NCBI GenBank assembly: GCA_036340075.1
Contig: JAYYZJ010000003.1
Coordinates: forward strand, 31,261-95,260
Length of the DNA stretch: 64,000 nucleotides
From: Thermodesulfobacteriota bacterium
GTDB taxonomy: Bacteria; Desulfobacterota_D; UBA1144
Direction: 5' to 3'
Below the pieces are notes generated by a model. It did not search any database. It worked only from the letters and a program-made list of their open reading frames with translations, and was not told the origin of the DNA. Positions 41,849-51,476 of the stretch are shown here, in pieces (position 1 is the stretch's first letter; each line of letters starts with the position of its first letter). A program made the translations under genes and the position numbers.

Positions 41849-42960
41849 TTAATAAAAGGATAGGTGACCTTATGTGCATCCTCATATTTTTTCCGAATCT
41901 CGACCTGGAATTCATTAAGATTTGAAAATTTATTTTCTATCAATCCCAAACAAATCCCTCTTTTAAGTATAGGAGAAAATGTTCCACTAGTCACATGTCC
42001 TATTATTTTATTTTCATTAAATATCTTGTATCCATGCCTAGGGATAGCTTTGTCATTCATCTCTAGGCCTATCAAAGTAAATTCTTTTTCTTGAATTTTC
42101 TCTGCTATGCTATCCTTGCCAATAAAGTCCTTTTTTGTCATATCTATAAACTTTTCTAAATCTGAGTCTATGGGAGAAATTTCCTCACTTAGTTCGTTGC
42201 CATAAAGTGGGAAACCCATTTCAATCCTTAAGGTGTCTCTGGAACCTAATCCACAAGGTATTGGTGTCAAGTTTTTGTTCTCAATTAGAGTTTTATATAC
42301 ATCCTTAATCATCTCATTTGGGACAAATAGCTCAAAACCTTCTTCTCCTGTATATCCAGTACGAGCAATTAAGAAATTGTTTCCATTCGGACATTTCCAT
42401 TTAAGATTATCCGCGTAGCTTTCTTCTAGCTCTAGAATAGATGCAATACGATATTTTTTAATTGATTTGATTTCTGACAAAGGAAACAATTCGTCCATGA
42501 AATCAATTGAGTTAGGTCCTTGAATTGCTAATTGCCCATAGAAGTCAGATAGGTTTTTTATCTCTACATTATATGTGTTGGAATTTTCTAACAACCAATC
42601 AAATACTTTGGATACATTACCGGCATTTACACATATGAAATAAGCACCATTAAGCATTTTGTATATAATTACATCGTCAACCACTCCACCTGATTGATTA
42701 CAAATGAATCCATAACGAGCCTGCCCATCGGATAAATTTAAAATTGAATTCGTGAAAATATAGTCAACAAAAACTTCGGAGTCTGTTCCTGAAATCTCTA
42801 TTTCTCCCATATGGCTTACATCAAATATGCCTAAGCTCTCTCTGACACACAGATGCTCTTCTTTCAGTCCTTCAAACCATACGGGCATATGCCATCCGTT
42901 GAATTCTACAAACTTTGCACCCATTTTGTCATGGAATTCATAAAGGGGGGTAGTTTTCAT
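41845..42960 (-). CDS. gcvT: glycine cleavage system T protein (aminomethyltransferase)
   Basis: 371 aa. N-terminus MKTTPLYEFHDKMGAKFVEFNGWHMP is characteristic of GcvT. Confidence 0.9.
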   Translation of the reverse strand: MKTTPLYEFHDKMGAKFVEFNGWHMPVWFEGLKEEHLCVRESLGIFDVSHMGEIEISGTDSEVFVDYIFTNSILNLSDGQARYGFICNQSGGVVDDVIIYKMLNGAYFICVNAGNVSKVFDWLLENSNTYNVEIKNLSDFYGQLAIQGPNSIDFMDELFPLSEIKSIKKYRIASILELEESYADNLKWKCPNGNNFLIARTGYTGEEGFELFVPNEMIKDVYKTLIENKNLTPIPCGLGSRDTLRIEMGFPLYGNELSEEISPIDSDLEKFIDMTKKDFIGKDSIAEKIQEKEFTLIGLEMNDKAIPRHGYKIFNENKIIGHVTSGTFSPILKRGICLGLIENKFSNLNEFQVEIRKKYEDAHKVTYPFIK

Positions 42961-43003
42961 TACTAATTATTTTACCGGATTTTCTTAATATGTTTGATAG
43001 AAT

Positions 43004-43345
43004 TTACTTGATACTTGAAACAAGTTCTTTAAATTTCTCTGGATGCTCCATAGCAAGTTCGGAAAGAATTTTTCTATCTAAATCAATATTCTTTAGTTTT
43101 AGCGAATGTATAAATTTACTGTAAGTCAGTCCCTCTTCTCGTAATGCTGCATTAATTCTAACAATCCACAAAGCGCGTTGTGTTCGCTTCTTCACCCTTC
43201 TATCACGATAAGAATATGCCATTCCTCTCAATATAGTTTCTTTGGCTCGTCTGTAAACATTTTTCCTTTGACCCCAAAAACCCTTAGTTTGTTTGAGCAA
43301 CCTATTCTTTCTTCTTTTTCTAGCAACACTAGTTTTTACTCTCAT
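43004..43345 (-). CDS. rplT: 50S ribosomal protein L20
   Basis: MRVKTSVARKRRKNRLLKQTKGFWGQRKNVYRRAKE. Confidence 0.9.
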   Translation of the reverse strand: MRVKTSVARKRRKNRLLKQTKGFWGQRKNVYRRAKETILRGMAYSYRDRRVKKRTQRALWIVRINAALREEGLTYSKFIHSLKLKNIDLDRKILSELAMEHPEKFKELVSSIK

Positions 43346-43356
43346 TTATCTTTCCT

Positions 43357-43557
43357 TTATGCAAAAATGACTTTTCTTAGATTTCGGGCTTTCTTACCTT
43401 CAACCGTACTTGCTTCTCTCAGTCTTCGTATTCTTGACTCAGCTTTATGGACATTTCCATGATGCTTATTTCCCTTTATTCTCTTGAGCTTGCCATTTGA
43501 TTTAAGTTTAAATCTTTTTGCAGCACTTCTATTGGACTTCATCTTTTGATTTGCCAT
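43357..43557 (-). CDS. rpmI: 50S ribosomal protein L35
   Basis: RSAAKRFKLKSNGKLKRIKGNKHH matches the L35 core. The start may be the internal Met (MKSNR). Confidence 0.85.
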   Translation of the reverse strand: MANQKMKSNRSAAKRFKLKSNGKLKRIKGNKHHGNVHKAESRIRRLREASTVEGKKARNLRKVIFA

Positions 43558-44110
43558 TTGATTTTTTTACCGCCTTTGTCTTTTTTGGGAGAACAATCAT
43601 AGTTAAATTTTTTCCTTCAAATTTTGGATCATTGTCTAGTTCTCCAAACTCAGCTGAGTGCTCAATTATCTTATCAACTAATTGCTGACCTAAATTTTTA
43701 TGAACAATTTCTCTACCTTTGAACCATAGCCTAACTTTGACTTTGTGCCCATCAGTAAGGAACTCTTTGAGTCTGTTAATTTTAACATTAAAATCATTTT
43801 CTCCAATATTTGGTCTAAACTTAATCTCTTTAAGCGCCTGAGTTTTAGTTTTTCTAAGAGATGTTTGCTTCTTCTGATCGTATCTGAACTTTCCATAGTC
43901 CATAATTTTACAAACAGGGGGTTCGGCATCTGGGGATATCTCAACTAAATCTGTGGAATTCTGTTGTGCCATTGCAAGAGCATCGCCGATAGAAAGAATA
44001 CCAACCTGAGAACCATCTAGGCCTATTACTCTAACCTCGGAAGCCCTGATGGATTTGTTAATTCTATTTCCGCTTGGCTTTCTTCTAGAACCAAATACTT
44101 TGTTTCTTAT
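43529..44110 (-). CDS. infC: translation initiation factor IF-3, proposed non-canonical ATA start overlapping the thrS stop
   Basis: The ORF track begins at MAQQN, but the in-frame upstream translation (I)RNKVFGSRRKPSGNRINKSIRASEVRVIGLDGSQVGILSIGDALAMAQQNSTDLVEISPDAEPPVCKIMDYGKF aligns with the IF-3 N-domain (E. coli [23 protein letters not shown]...[21 protein letters not shown]). There is no ATG/GTG/TTG in this frame between the upstream TAG and MAQQN. An ATA lies at 44108-44110. Confidence 0.8.
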   Translation of the reverse strand: MRNKVFGSRRKPSGNRINKSIRASEVRVIGLDGSQVGILSIGDALAMAQQNSTDLVEISPDAEPPVCKIMDYGKFRYDQKKQTSLRKTKTQALKEIKFRPNIGENDFNVKINRLKEFLTDGHKVKVRLWFKGREIVHKNLGQQLVDKIIEHSAEFGELDNDPKFEGKNLTMIVLPKKTKAVKKSNGKSKDEVQ

Positions 44111-46014
44111 AAGCTATCCTCCTGTTGGATCTCTCCATTAATTATTGAGAGAAAATCATCTAATTTTATTTCCCCGATTTGCTCTCCTCCGTATTTCCTT
44201 ACACTAACCGTCTTATTCTCCATCTCTGACTTTCCTATAGTCAGAATATATGGAACCTTTGCAATTTCAGCCTCTCTAATTTTAAGACCTAGTTTTTCAT
44301 TTCTTTGATCAACCTCTGCCCTAAATTTAAGCCTTCGAAAATTTTCCATTAAATTATTCGAATAATCAAATTGCTCTTCAGACACGGTTAGTATCTTTAT
44401 TTGAACTGGGGCTAACCAAAAAGGAAAAGCTCCTCCGTAATGCTCAACTAAGATACCAAAAAATCTTTCAAAGGAGCCAAATATAGCTCTATGAATCATT
44501 ACCGGCTGAAGTCTATCATTATCCCGTGAAATATAATTAAGGTCAAATCTCTTTGGTAAATTAAAATCAACTTGTACGGTTGAGCACTGCCACGATCTCC
44601 CTAAAACATCTTTAATTTTTAAATCAATCTTTGGTCCATAAAAAGCTCCTCCGCCTTCATCTATGCTGAATTCCAATGACTTATTTCTTAGAGCTGCCTT
44701 TAAAGCATTTGTTGCATCGTTCCAGTCTTCTTCAGAGCCAACAAATTTTCCTGGTCTGGTAGAAACAAATATTTCATACTCTTTGAATCCGAACGCCTCG
44801 AGAAATTTAATTGTTAAATCAATTACATCATTAACTTCTGATTCGATTTGATCTAACATGCAAAAAATATGTGCATCATCTTGAGTAAAACCTCGTGCTC
44901 TAAATAGTCCATGTAAAACTCCTGACCTTTCATATCTATAGACCGTTCCTATCTCTGCAAATTTTACAGGTAAATCTCTATAGCTTCTTAACTCACTTTT
45001 ATAAATCATTATATGAAAAGGACAGTTCATTGGTTTTGTTTGATATCTATTTTTATCGATTTCCATTTCGGAGAACATGTTTTCCTTGTAGAATTCTGAG
45101 TGTCCACTTGTCTCCCAAATATCAGCTTTTGCCAAGTGCGGCGTGTAAACGATTTGGTAATCAGCTTTTATATGTTGCTCTCTCCAATAATCTTCTATTA
45201 TATTTCTTACAGTTGCTCCGTTGGGATGCCACATTACAAGTCCTGGGCCTATCTCGTCTGTTATTGAGAATAAATTTAATTCCTTTCCTAGTTTTCTATG
45301 ATCTCTCTTTTTGGCCTCTTCGATTAGTAGTAGATGTTTTTTTAAATCTTTTTTGGTTAAGAAAGCTGTTCCATAAATTCTTTGTAGTGATTCTCTCGTT
45401 TCGTCTCCTCGCCAATAGGCACCCGCGACACTTAACAACTTAAATGCCTTCACATAAGAAGTCCTAGGTGCATGGGGACCTCTGCATAAATCAAACCACT
45501 CACCCTGGAAATAGAGTGAAATTTCTTCGGCTTTATCTAAATCATTAATTATTTCTTCTTTAAAACTTTCACCCATTTTTTTAAATTTATTAAGCGCATC
45601 TTCTCTGGACAAAATCTCTTTCGTCATTGGCTTTTCCTGCTTAATTATTTCCAACATCTTCTTTTCGAAAAGTTCAAGATCTTCCTCAGTAAAGGTTCTC
45701 TCAGTATAAAAATCATAGTAGAATCCATTCTCGATAACTGGGCCTATGGTAACCTTGGTATCTGGATAAACAGATTGAACTGCCTCAGCTAAAATATGTG
45801 CAGCAGTATGACGTATTAAATCCAAAGCAGCTTTAGAGTCCTCTCGAACAACTTCAATTTTTACATCTTTTCTTGGTTGATGCTTCATGTCACGCAATTC
45901 TCCATCAACCAGAGCTCCGATCACTGAATTGTCATACTCTAGCTTGCATAAAATCTCTCCGACGTTCAAAGTATCTTCAAATTCGGAAATGTTGCCTTTA
46001 ATATCTATCTTCAT
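44107..46014 (-). CDS. thrS: threonine--tRNA ligase (start at MKIDIKG; the ORF-track N-terminal extension runs into tRNA-Val)
   Basis: TGS and editing N-domain, HxxxH SAHHTA-like motif (HTAAHIL), class II core FRARGFTQDDAHIF, and a C-terminal anticodon-binding domain. Confidence 0.95.
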   Translation of the reverse strand: MKIDIKGNISEFEDTLNVGEILCKLEYDNSVIGALVDGELRDMKHQPRKDVKIEVVREDSKAALDLIRHTAAHILAEAVQSVYPDTKVTIGPVIENGFYYDFYTERTFTEEDLELFEKKMLEIIKQEKPMTKEILSREDALNKFKKMGESFKEEIINDLDKAEEISLYFQGEWFDLCRGPHAPRTSYVKAFKLLSVAGAYWRGDETRESLQRIYGTAFLTKKDLKKHLLLIEEAKKRDHRKLGKELNLFSITDEIGPGLVMWHPNGATVRNIIEDYWREQHIKADYQIVYTPHLAKADIWETSGHSEFYKENMFSEMEIDKNRYQTKPMNCPFHIMIYKSELRSYRDLPVKFAEIGTVYRYERSGVLHGLFRARGFTQDDAHIFCMLDQIESEVNDVIDLTIKFLEAFGFKEYEIFVSTRPGKFVGSEEDWNDATNALKAALRNKSLEFSIDEGGGAFYGPKIDLKIKDVLGRSWQCSTVQVDFNLPKRFDLNYISRDNDRLQPVMIHRAIFGSFERFFGILVEHYGGAFPFWLAPVQIKILTVSEEQFDYSNNLMENFRRLKFRAEVDQRNEKLGLKIREAEIAKVPYILTIGKSEMENKTVSVRKYGGEQIGEIKLDDFLSIINGEIQQEDSL

Positions 46015-46023
46015 ATATGTACA

Positions 46024-46095
46024 TGAGCACGAGTGGATTTGAACCACCGACCTCTTGCGTGTCAAGCAAGCGCTCTCCCCCTGAGCTACGCGCTC
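46024..46095 (-). tRNA. tRNA-Val (anticodon GAC)
   Basis: Reverse complement GAGCGCGTAGCTCAGGGGGAGAGCGCTTGCTTGACACGCAAGAGGTCGGTGGTTCAAATCCACTCGTGCTCA. Anticodon stem CTTGC/GCAAG with loop TTGACAC, and TTCAAAT T-loop. Confidence 0.85.
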
Positions 46096-46155
46096 AATTA
46101 GCTTAACGAAAATATTGTAAATACATGAAAATATAAATCAAATGCTGTAATATAT

Positions 46156-47055
46156 ATGTATATGATTTCAAATAATAATGTTGTTTTAGAAACAAATCTG
46201 GAAAATCAAAATCTTATAAATAGAGGCAAAGTTAGGGACTTGTACGATATGGGCGATTCCCTATTAATTGTTTCATCTGATAGAATCTCAGCTTACGACT
46301 ATGTTCTTCCTACAGGAATTTTAGGTAAGGGCGAAGTTCTAACTAGACTTTCTAAATTCTGGTTTGCTTTGACATCTGACATAGTAGGAAATCATTTCAT
46401 AACTGAAGATGTATTTTCCCATTATGAATCTTTAAAAGAACACTTTGATGTTCTCAATGGAAGATCAATGATAGTGAAGAAAGCAAAACCTTTACCTGTT
46501 GAATGTATAGTTCGTGGATATATAACCGGATCAGGCTGGGGAGAATATAAGAAGAATGGAACTGTTTGCGGAATCGAATTAAAGCAGGGTTTGGTTGAAT
46601 CAGAGAAACTATCAGAGCCAATCTTTACTCCTTCTACTAAGGCGGAGCAAGGAGAGCACGACGAAAATATAAATTTCGCGCAATGTGTGAATATAATTGG
46701 TGAAGATTTGGCAAACAAAGTTAAAGATTATTCGATTCAGATATATTCTAAAGCACGAGATTATGCAGAATCAAAAGGAATCCTTATCGCTGATACAAAA
46801 TTTGAATTTGGTTTAATTGACAATGATGAGTTAATTTTAATCGATGAAGTTCTTACTCCTGATTCATCACGATTCTGGCCAAAAGATTTATATGAGGCAG
46901 GAAGAGGTCAACAAAGTTATGACAAGCAATTCGTTAGAGACTATCTAACTTCAGTAGGCTGGGATAAGAATCCACCGGCTCCTGATCTTCCGGAAGATAT
47001 TGCAAAGAAAACAAGTGATAAGTACATTGAGGCTCTAAGCTTGCTAACTGCCTAA
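46156..47055 (+). CDS. purC: phosphoribosylaminoimidazole-succinocarboxamide (SAICAR) synthase
   Basis: RGKVRDLYD N-terminal motif; about 300 aa long-form PurC. Confidence 0.9.
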   Translation: MYMISNNNVVLETNLENQNLINRGKVRDLYDMGDSLLIVSSDRISAYDYVLPTGILGKGEVLTRLSKFWFALTSDIVGNHFITEDVFSHYESLKEHFDVLNGRSMIVKKAKPLPVECIVRGYITGSGWGEYKKNGTVCGIELKQGLVESEKLSEPIFTPSTKAEQGEHDENINFAQCVNIIGEDLANKVKDYSIQIYSKARDYAESKGILIADTKFEFGLIDNDELILIDEVLTPDSSRFWPKDLYEAGRGQQSYDKQFVRDYLTSVGWDKNPPAPDLPEDIAKKTSDKYIEALSLLTA

Positions 47056-48038
47056 TGTTTGATTCCATACTTGATATTCTTTTACCTTTTTTGCAACTTG
47101 CATTTGGGATTGGTCTACTTTGGAAAGGTTCTTTTTCGTTAATCGAGTATTCTCTAAAAATAGGTAAACAACTAAACTTGTCAGAACTCTTTATAGGAAT
47201 GACTTTGCTTGCCTGGGCTACTTCTTTGCCTGAAATCTTTGTACTAATAAATTCAATTATATTTATCAAGAGTGATCCTTCATCGGCAATGTATGGGACT
47301 ATCATTGGCAGCAATTTTGCAAATATAAGTTTGGTTCTAGGGCTTGGGGTTTTGTTCTCTAGTAAACATTTTATAGCAAAGGCTGAAAATTTTAGTACTC
47401 GTTTCACAATTATTTTCTTTGCTACTTTGTGTCTGGTTGGATATCCATTAATTAAATCAACCAATAACCAACTTGCTCTTTTATTATCTCTACTAATGAC
47501 GGGGAGCATGATTCTTTATATTTTCACATCATATAATAAATCCTCTGTTGAAAATGTAGCAAAAATAAAACTTAAATACAAACAGTTAGCAAAGGATGCC
47601 GGTGCTTTGATTGCATCAATATGTGTAATATATTTTGGAGCCTTTTGCGTAACCTCACTAGGCAAGATACTTATGGAAACTTTCGAAGTGTCATCTGCTA
47701 CAATAGGAGGACTGTTTTTTGCACTTTCTACTTCTGCCCCTGAAATATTTACATCGCTTGTAGCAATAATAAAATTCAAAAAAAGTACATTGGTTCTTGG
47801 TAATGTTCTTGGGAGCAATATAGCGAATATTTTTGGATTTGGCTTAATAAGTCTATTTTATAATATCAATATAGGTTCTGAGAACACTCTACTCGCTAGC
47901 GGTGGTCTTCTTCTTGGGGCTGAGATTCTTGCCTTCTTGCTTTGTATCTGCTACTTAAAAAACAATGAAGTAAGGATTCCTTATTGGCTTGGACTTTTCT
48001 TGATTGTTATTTACTATTTATTTGTAAGAATTGTATGA
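47055..48038 (+). CDS. Na+/Ca2+ exchanger (CaCA) family membrane protein
   Basis: Two alpha-repeat regions with ATSLPEIF / GSNFANISLVLGLG and STSAPEIF / GSNIANIFGFGL. TAATG overlap with purC. Confidence 0.75.
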   Translation: MFDSILDILLPFLQLAFGIGLLWKGSFSLIEYSLKIGKQLNLSELFIGMTLLAWATSLPEIFVLINSIIFIKSDPSSAMYGTIIGSNFANISLVLGLGVLFSSKHFIAKAENFSTRFTIIFFATLCLVGYPLIKSTNNQLALLLSLLMTGSMILYIFTSYNKSSVENVAKIKLKYKQLAKDAGALIASICVIYFGAFCVTSLGKILMETFEVSSATIGGLFFALSTSAPEIFTSLVAIIKFKKSTLVLGNVLGSNIANIFGFGLISLFYNINIGSENTLLASGGLLLGAEILAFLLCICYLKNNEVRIPYWLGLFLIVIYYLFVRIV

Positions 48039-48991
48039 GCGCTATATTAGATTCAGTAGATGAAAAGAAAATAGAATTTCAAAATATAAGCTTTTTTAAG
48101 CTTCTGTCCGGCATCAATCAAAGCAATTTCTTAAATATAGAAAAAATCTACAAGATTAAAATACATTCAAGAGGATGTGAAATTAAAATTGTTGGTCCAT
48201 CAATAGCAGTAGAAAAAGCGCTAATGCTAATAGAAAGTTTTTATAAAATTATATCTAAAGGATATCTGCCCACTGAAAGCGACTTTGAACTTGGAGCAAA
48301 AATTCTTGAAAAAAAGAGTCATTCAATTGAGGAAATTTTTTTAGATACAGTTTGTTTAACCACGGATAAAAAAACGATAGCTCCAAAAAGTATTAATCAA
48401 AAGCTTTATATAGACTCTATAAGGAAACACGATATAGTTTTTGGTACAGGTCCTGCTGGTACAGGAAAAACTTTTCTTGCTGTTGCTACAGCAGTATCAT
48501 ATCTAAACCAGAAAAAAATTAAAAGAATAGTGCTAACTAGACCAGCAGTAGAAGCTGGGGAAAAATTAGGATTTCTTCCTGGAGATTTAACTGAAAAGAT
48601 TGATCCATACTTAAGGCCTCTATTTGATGCGTTAAACGAAATGATGGATTTTGAAAAAATTTCCCTTCTTATAGAAAAAAATGTTATTGAAATAGCTCCT
48701 CTTGCTTTTATGAGAGGTAGGACTCTTAATGATGCATTTATAATTTTGGATGAAGCTCAGAATACTACTTCTTCACAAATGAAGATGTTTTTAACTCGGC
48801 TTGGTTTCAATTCAAAAACTATAGTTACTGGTGACACTACACAGATTGATCTTGATAAAAATACAAAATCTGGTCTACTCGAAGCTGTTAGCATTCTTGC
48901 AAGCATTGAAGAAATTAGCTTTTGCTCTTTTAATAATGATGATGTGGTAAGGCACCCTCTTACAAAGAAGATAATTGATGCTTATAAATAA
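48035..48991 (+). CDS. phoH: PhoH-like ATPase
   Basis: Walker A GPAGTGKTFLAVA, Walker B IILDEAQN. The ORF-track start 47984 overlaps the preceding gene, so the start is taken as MSAILD. Confidence 0.85.
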   Translation: MSAILDSVDEKKIEFQNISFFKLLSGINQSNFLNIEKIYKIKIHSRGCEIKIVGPSIAVEKALMLIESFYKIISKGYLPTESDFELGAKILEKKSHSIEEIFLDTVCLTTDKKTIAPKSINQKLYIDSIRKHDIVFGTGPAGTGKTFLAVATAVSYLNQKKIKRIVLTRPAVEAGEKLGFLPGDLTEKIDPYLRPLFDALNEMMDFEKISLLIEKNVIEIAPLAFMRGRTLNDAFIILDEAQNTTSSQMKMFLTRLGFNSKTIVTGDTTQIDLDKNTKSGLLEAVSILASIEEISFCSFNNDDVVRHPLTKKIIDAYK

Positions 48992-50259
48992 ATTATCTCG
49001 CCTCTTTCTGGTCCAACAGAAATCATTGTAATTGGTATAGACAAAAATTGTTCAATGAATGTGATGAAAGTTTTCAAATTTTTTGGCACTTTTTTCGATT
49101 TTAATTCATTCAAATCCCATGAATCAAATTCTTTATATATAGGCTCGATACTATTCAAATCTTCTAAATCTTGAGGCATTGAAGTTATTTTCTTATTTTT
49201 AACTTTGTATGCAATACAGACTTTCACAGAGCTAAACATAGAAAGGATATCAATTTTTGTCATAGCTAGTGAACTAATGCCTGATATTTGAATAGAATGT
49301 TTTAGAGCTATTAAGTCCAACCAGCCACATCTTCTAGGACGTCCAGTTGTAGCTCCATATTCTGTTCCAAACTCTCTTAATGATAACCCTTGATCATCGG
49401 ACATTTCGCTCGGAAAAGGGCCATGGCCAACTCTTGTAGTATAGGCTTTTGTAATGCCCACTACATTGCCTAAATCTTTAAATGGAACACCAGTGCCGGA
49501 TGATGCCGACCCAGAAATTGTTGAAGAGGAGGTAACAAAAGGATAAGTTCCAAAGTCTATATCTAACATAACTCCTTGCGCGCCCTCAAATAATATCTTC
49601 TTTTTTTTCTTTATCTCTTTATTTAAATACTCCTGCGTATCACACACAAATTCTTTTATATACTTATAATTCTTCAAAATAAGACTAAGAACATCTGCGG
49701 ATCTAATTCCTTTTTCGTTAAACACTTTTCTTAAAATTCCATTTTTTTCTCTTAGAATAAAATTAATCTTCTTTGTTAGCTCTTTTTTGTTCTTTAAATC
49801 TATCACTCTTATTCCTTGTCTTGATACTTTATCTTCATATGCTGGCCCTATTCCTCTACCTGTAGTTCCTATAGCATCTTTACCTTTTAAAGTCTCTCTT
49901 CCTCGTTCAATAGATTTATGATAGGGAAGAATAATATTTGCCAACGAGCTTATTTTTAGGTTCTTGCTTGTAACACCAAAACCAAGGCGTCTTAAAGCTT
50001 TTATCTCTTGAACTAAGATTTCCAAATCAATAACTGTTCCATTTCCTATTACTGATACTTTTTTCTTTCGTAATACCCCTGAAGGTATGTGATGTAACAC
50101 GATTTTCTTTTTGTCGATTATAATTGTATGACCAGCATTGCTTCCACCTTGAAAACGGGCAATAATATCAAACTTTTCGGAAATCAAATCTATTATTCTT
50201 CCTTTTCCTTCGTCTCCCCATTGAGCTCCAACCACTACAATATTATCTTTGGATTTCAT
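48982..50259 (-). CDS. purA: adenylosuccinate synthetase
   Basis: N-terminal P-loop VVVGAQWGDEGKG and GTTGRGIGPAY. Confidence 0.95.
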   Translation of the reverse strand: MKSKDNIVVVGAQWGDEGKGRIIDLISEKFDIIARFQGGSNAGHTIIIDKKKIVLHHIPSGVLRKKKVSVIGNGTVIDLEILVQEIKALRRLGFGVTSKNLKISSLANIILPYHKSIERGRETLKGKDAIGTTGRGIGPAYEDKVSRQGIRVIDLKNKKELTKKINFILREKNGILRKVFNEKGIRSADVLSLILKNYKYIKEFVCDTQEYLNKEIKKKKKILFEGAQGVMLDIDFGTYPFVTSSSTISGSASSGTGVPFKDLGNVVGITKAYTTRVGHGPFPSEMSDDQGLSLREFGTEYGATTGRPRRCGWLDLIALKHSIQISGISSLAMTKIDILSMFSSVKVCIAYKVKNKKITSMPQDLEDLNSIEPIYKEFDSWDLNELKSKKVPKNLKTFITFIEQFLSIPITMISVGPERGEIIYL

Positions 50260-51476
50260 TACAGCTCCTCTTCTTTAAGTTGAGATAAAGTTTTGTAATT
50301 CCCGGTCTTTTTGTTTGACTTGTTATATAAATCAATTGATTGATTATTGTTGACCTTTACCCGTATATCAAACTCGCCTTTGTATTGATTCTTTTGATTC
50401 GATAAAATGCATACAAATCCTTGGGAATTAAAAAAGTCCCTTGCTTCAAATGACAATGATAAGTTCTTAGGGATTAAATGTTCGATAACAACTACCGGAA
50501 TCCCGAGATCTTTATAATCAATTTTTGCTAGAAGAGGTAAAATGTTTATCCCGAATCCAATTGCCGGCAAATTTTTTCCATATTTTTTAATTAATTCATT
50601 ATATCTACCTCCAGAAACAACTATTTGATTTGCACCTGGTATAGCTATATCAAAAGTAATATTTGAATAATAAGAAAAATCTTTTACGTCTAGAAGATCT
50701 ATTGCTACGTTGAGGTTAGGATTTAATGACTTTAGGGAATCAGATAAGAATTCCACTTTTTTTAATTCGTTTTGTACATTTGCTGGCAAGCCCTTAATGT
50801 TGACGCTTTTTTGAGAAATTAACGGAACCACATAATTTTTTAAAAAATCTCCTTCTTTTTTTGGTAATTTTCTATCTTTAAGAAATTTTTTAATTGAGTC
50901 AAAGTCTTTCTTGTGAAACAGTGGGGCTATCTTCTCTTTAATTGTAGGAAGTTTAGAGAAAATAAAATTTAAAAAAAGTGAGGAATTAAGAGTAATTGTT
51001 TGTCTATCGAATCCCAGCTTGTTAAGAATTCGTGATGGTAATAAAATTATTTCTAAATCTGATTCGATTTCGTCTGATCCAATCAATTCGCATCCTACTT
51101 GGAAAATTTCTCTCTTGTTCCTAATGTCTTTCGATTGGTTTCTAACAACTCTTTCAATATAACAAAGTCTAAAAGGTGAAGATTCTTCCTTGTAGTTGGT
51201 TGCTATATATCTTGCTATTTGCGGAGTCACATCTGACCTGATACCCAATACGTCTCCATTTAAAGGATCTATAAATTTAATAATATTAGGAACTTCTTCT
51301 TGTTTTGTTCCTACCTCTAAAGAGTCTAATTTTTCAAATATTGGGGTAAGTATTTTTTTATATCCCCAAACCTCGGCCTCATCTAAAAAAATGCTTGATA
51401 CAAAGTCTATCTTTTTAACATCTTGGGTTCTGTAATCTTTTAGTCCTACTGGAAGCAAAAACCTTTCTGACATCAA
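50259..51476 (-). CDS. hisZ: ATP phosphoribosyltransferase regulatory subunit (HisRS paralog)
   Basis: LPVGLKDYRTQD...WGYKKILTPIFE...GIRSDVTPQIARY aligns with HisZ/class II aaRS motifs 1-2 and lacks an anticodon-binding domain. Adjacent to purA as in many beta/gamma-proteobacteria. Confidence 0.75.
   Translation of the reverse strand: MMSERFLLPVGLKDYRTQDVKKIDFVSSIFLDEAEVWGYKKILTPIFEKLDSLEVGTKQEEVPNIIKFIDPLNGDVLGIRSDVTPQIARYIATNYKEESSPFRLCYIERVVRNQSKDIRNKREIFQVGCELIGSDEIESDLEIILLPSRILNKLGFDRQTITLNSSLFLNFIFSKLPTIKEKIAPLFHKKDFDSIKKFLKDRKLPKKEGDFLKNYVVPLISQKSVNIKGLPANVQNELKKVEFLSDSLKSLNPNLNVAIDLLDVKDFSYYSNITFDIAIPGANQIVVSGGRYNELIKKYGKNLPAIGFGINILPLLAKIDYKDLGIPVVVIEHLIPKNLSLSFEARDFFNSQGFVCILSNQKNQYKGEFDIRVKVNNNQSIDLYNKSNKKTGNYKTLSQLKEEEL

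Noticed and set aside
42961-43003. Glycine riboswitch upstream of gcvT
   Set aside because: The spacer is only 43 nt, too short for the aptamer.
43690-43948. Two small ORFs (84 aa minus, 67 aa plus) inside infC
   Set aside because: They are alternative-frame shadows of the IF-3 coding sequence. The IF-3 frame has strong homology.
45030-45443. 137-aa plus-strand ORF
   Set aside because: It is antisense within thrS, with no homology. This is a typical AT-rich shadow ORF.
46934-47509. 191-aa minus-strand ORF spanning the purC end and the CaCA gene start
   Set aside because: It overlaps two well-supported plus-strand genes. There is no motif.
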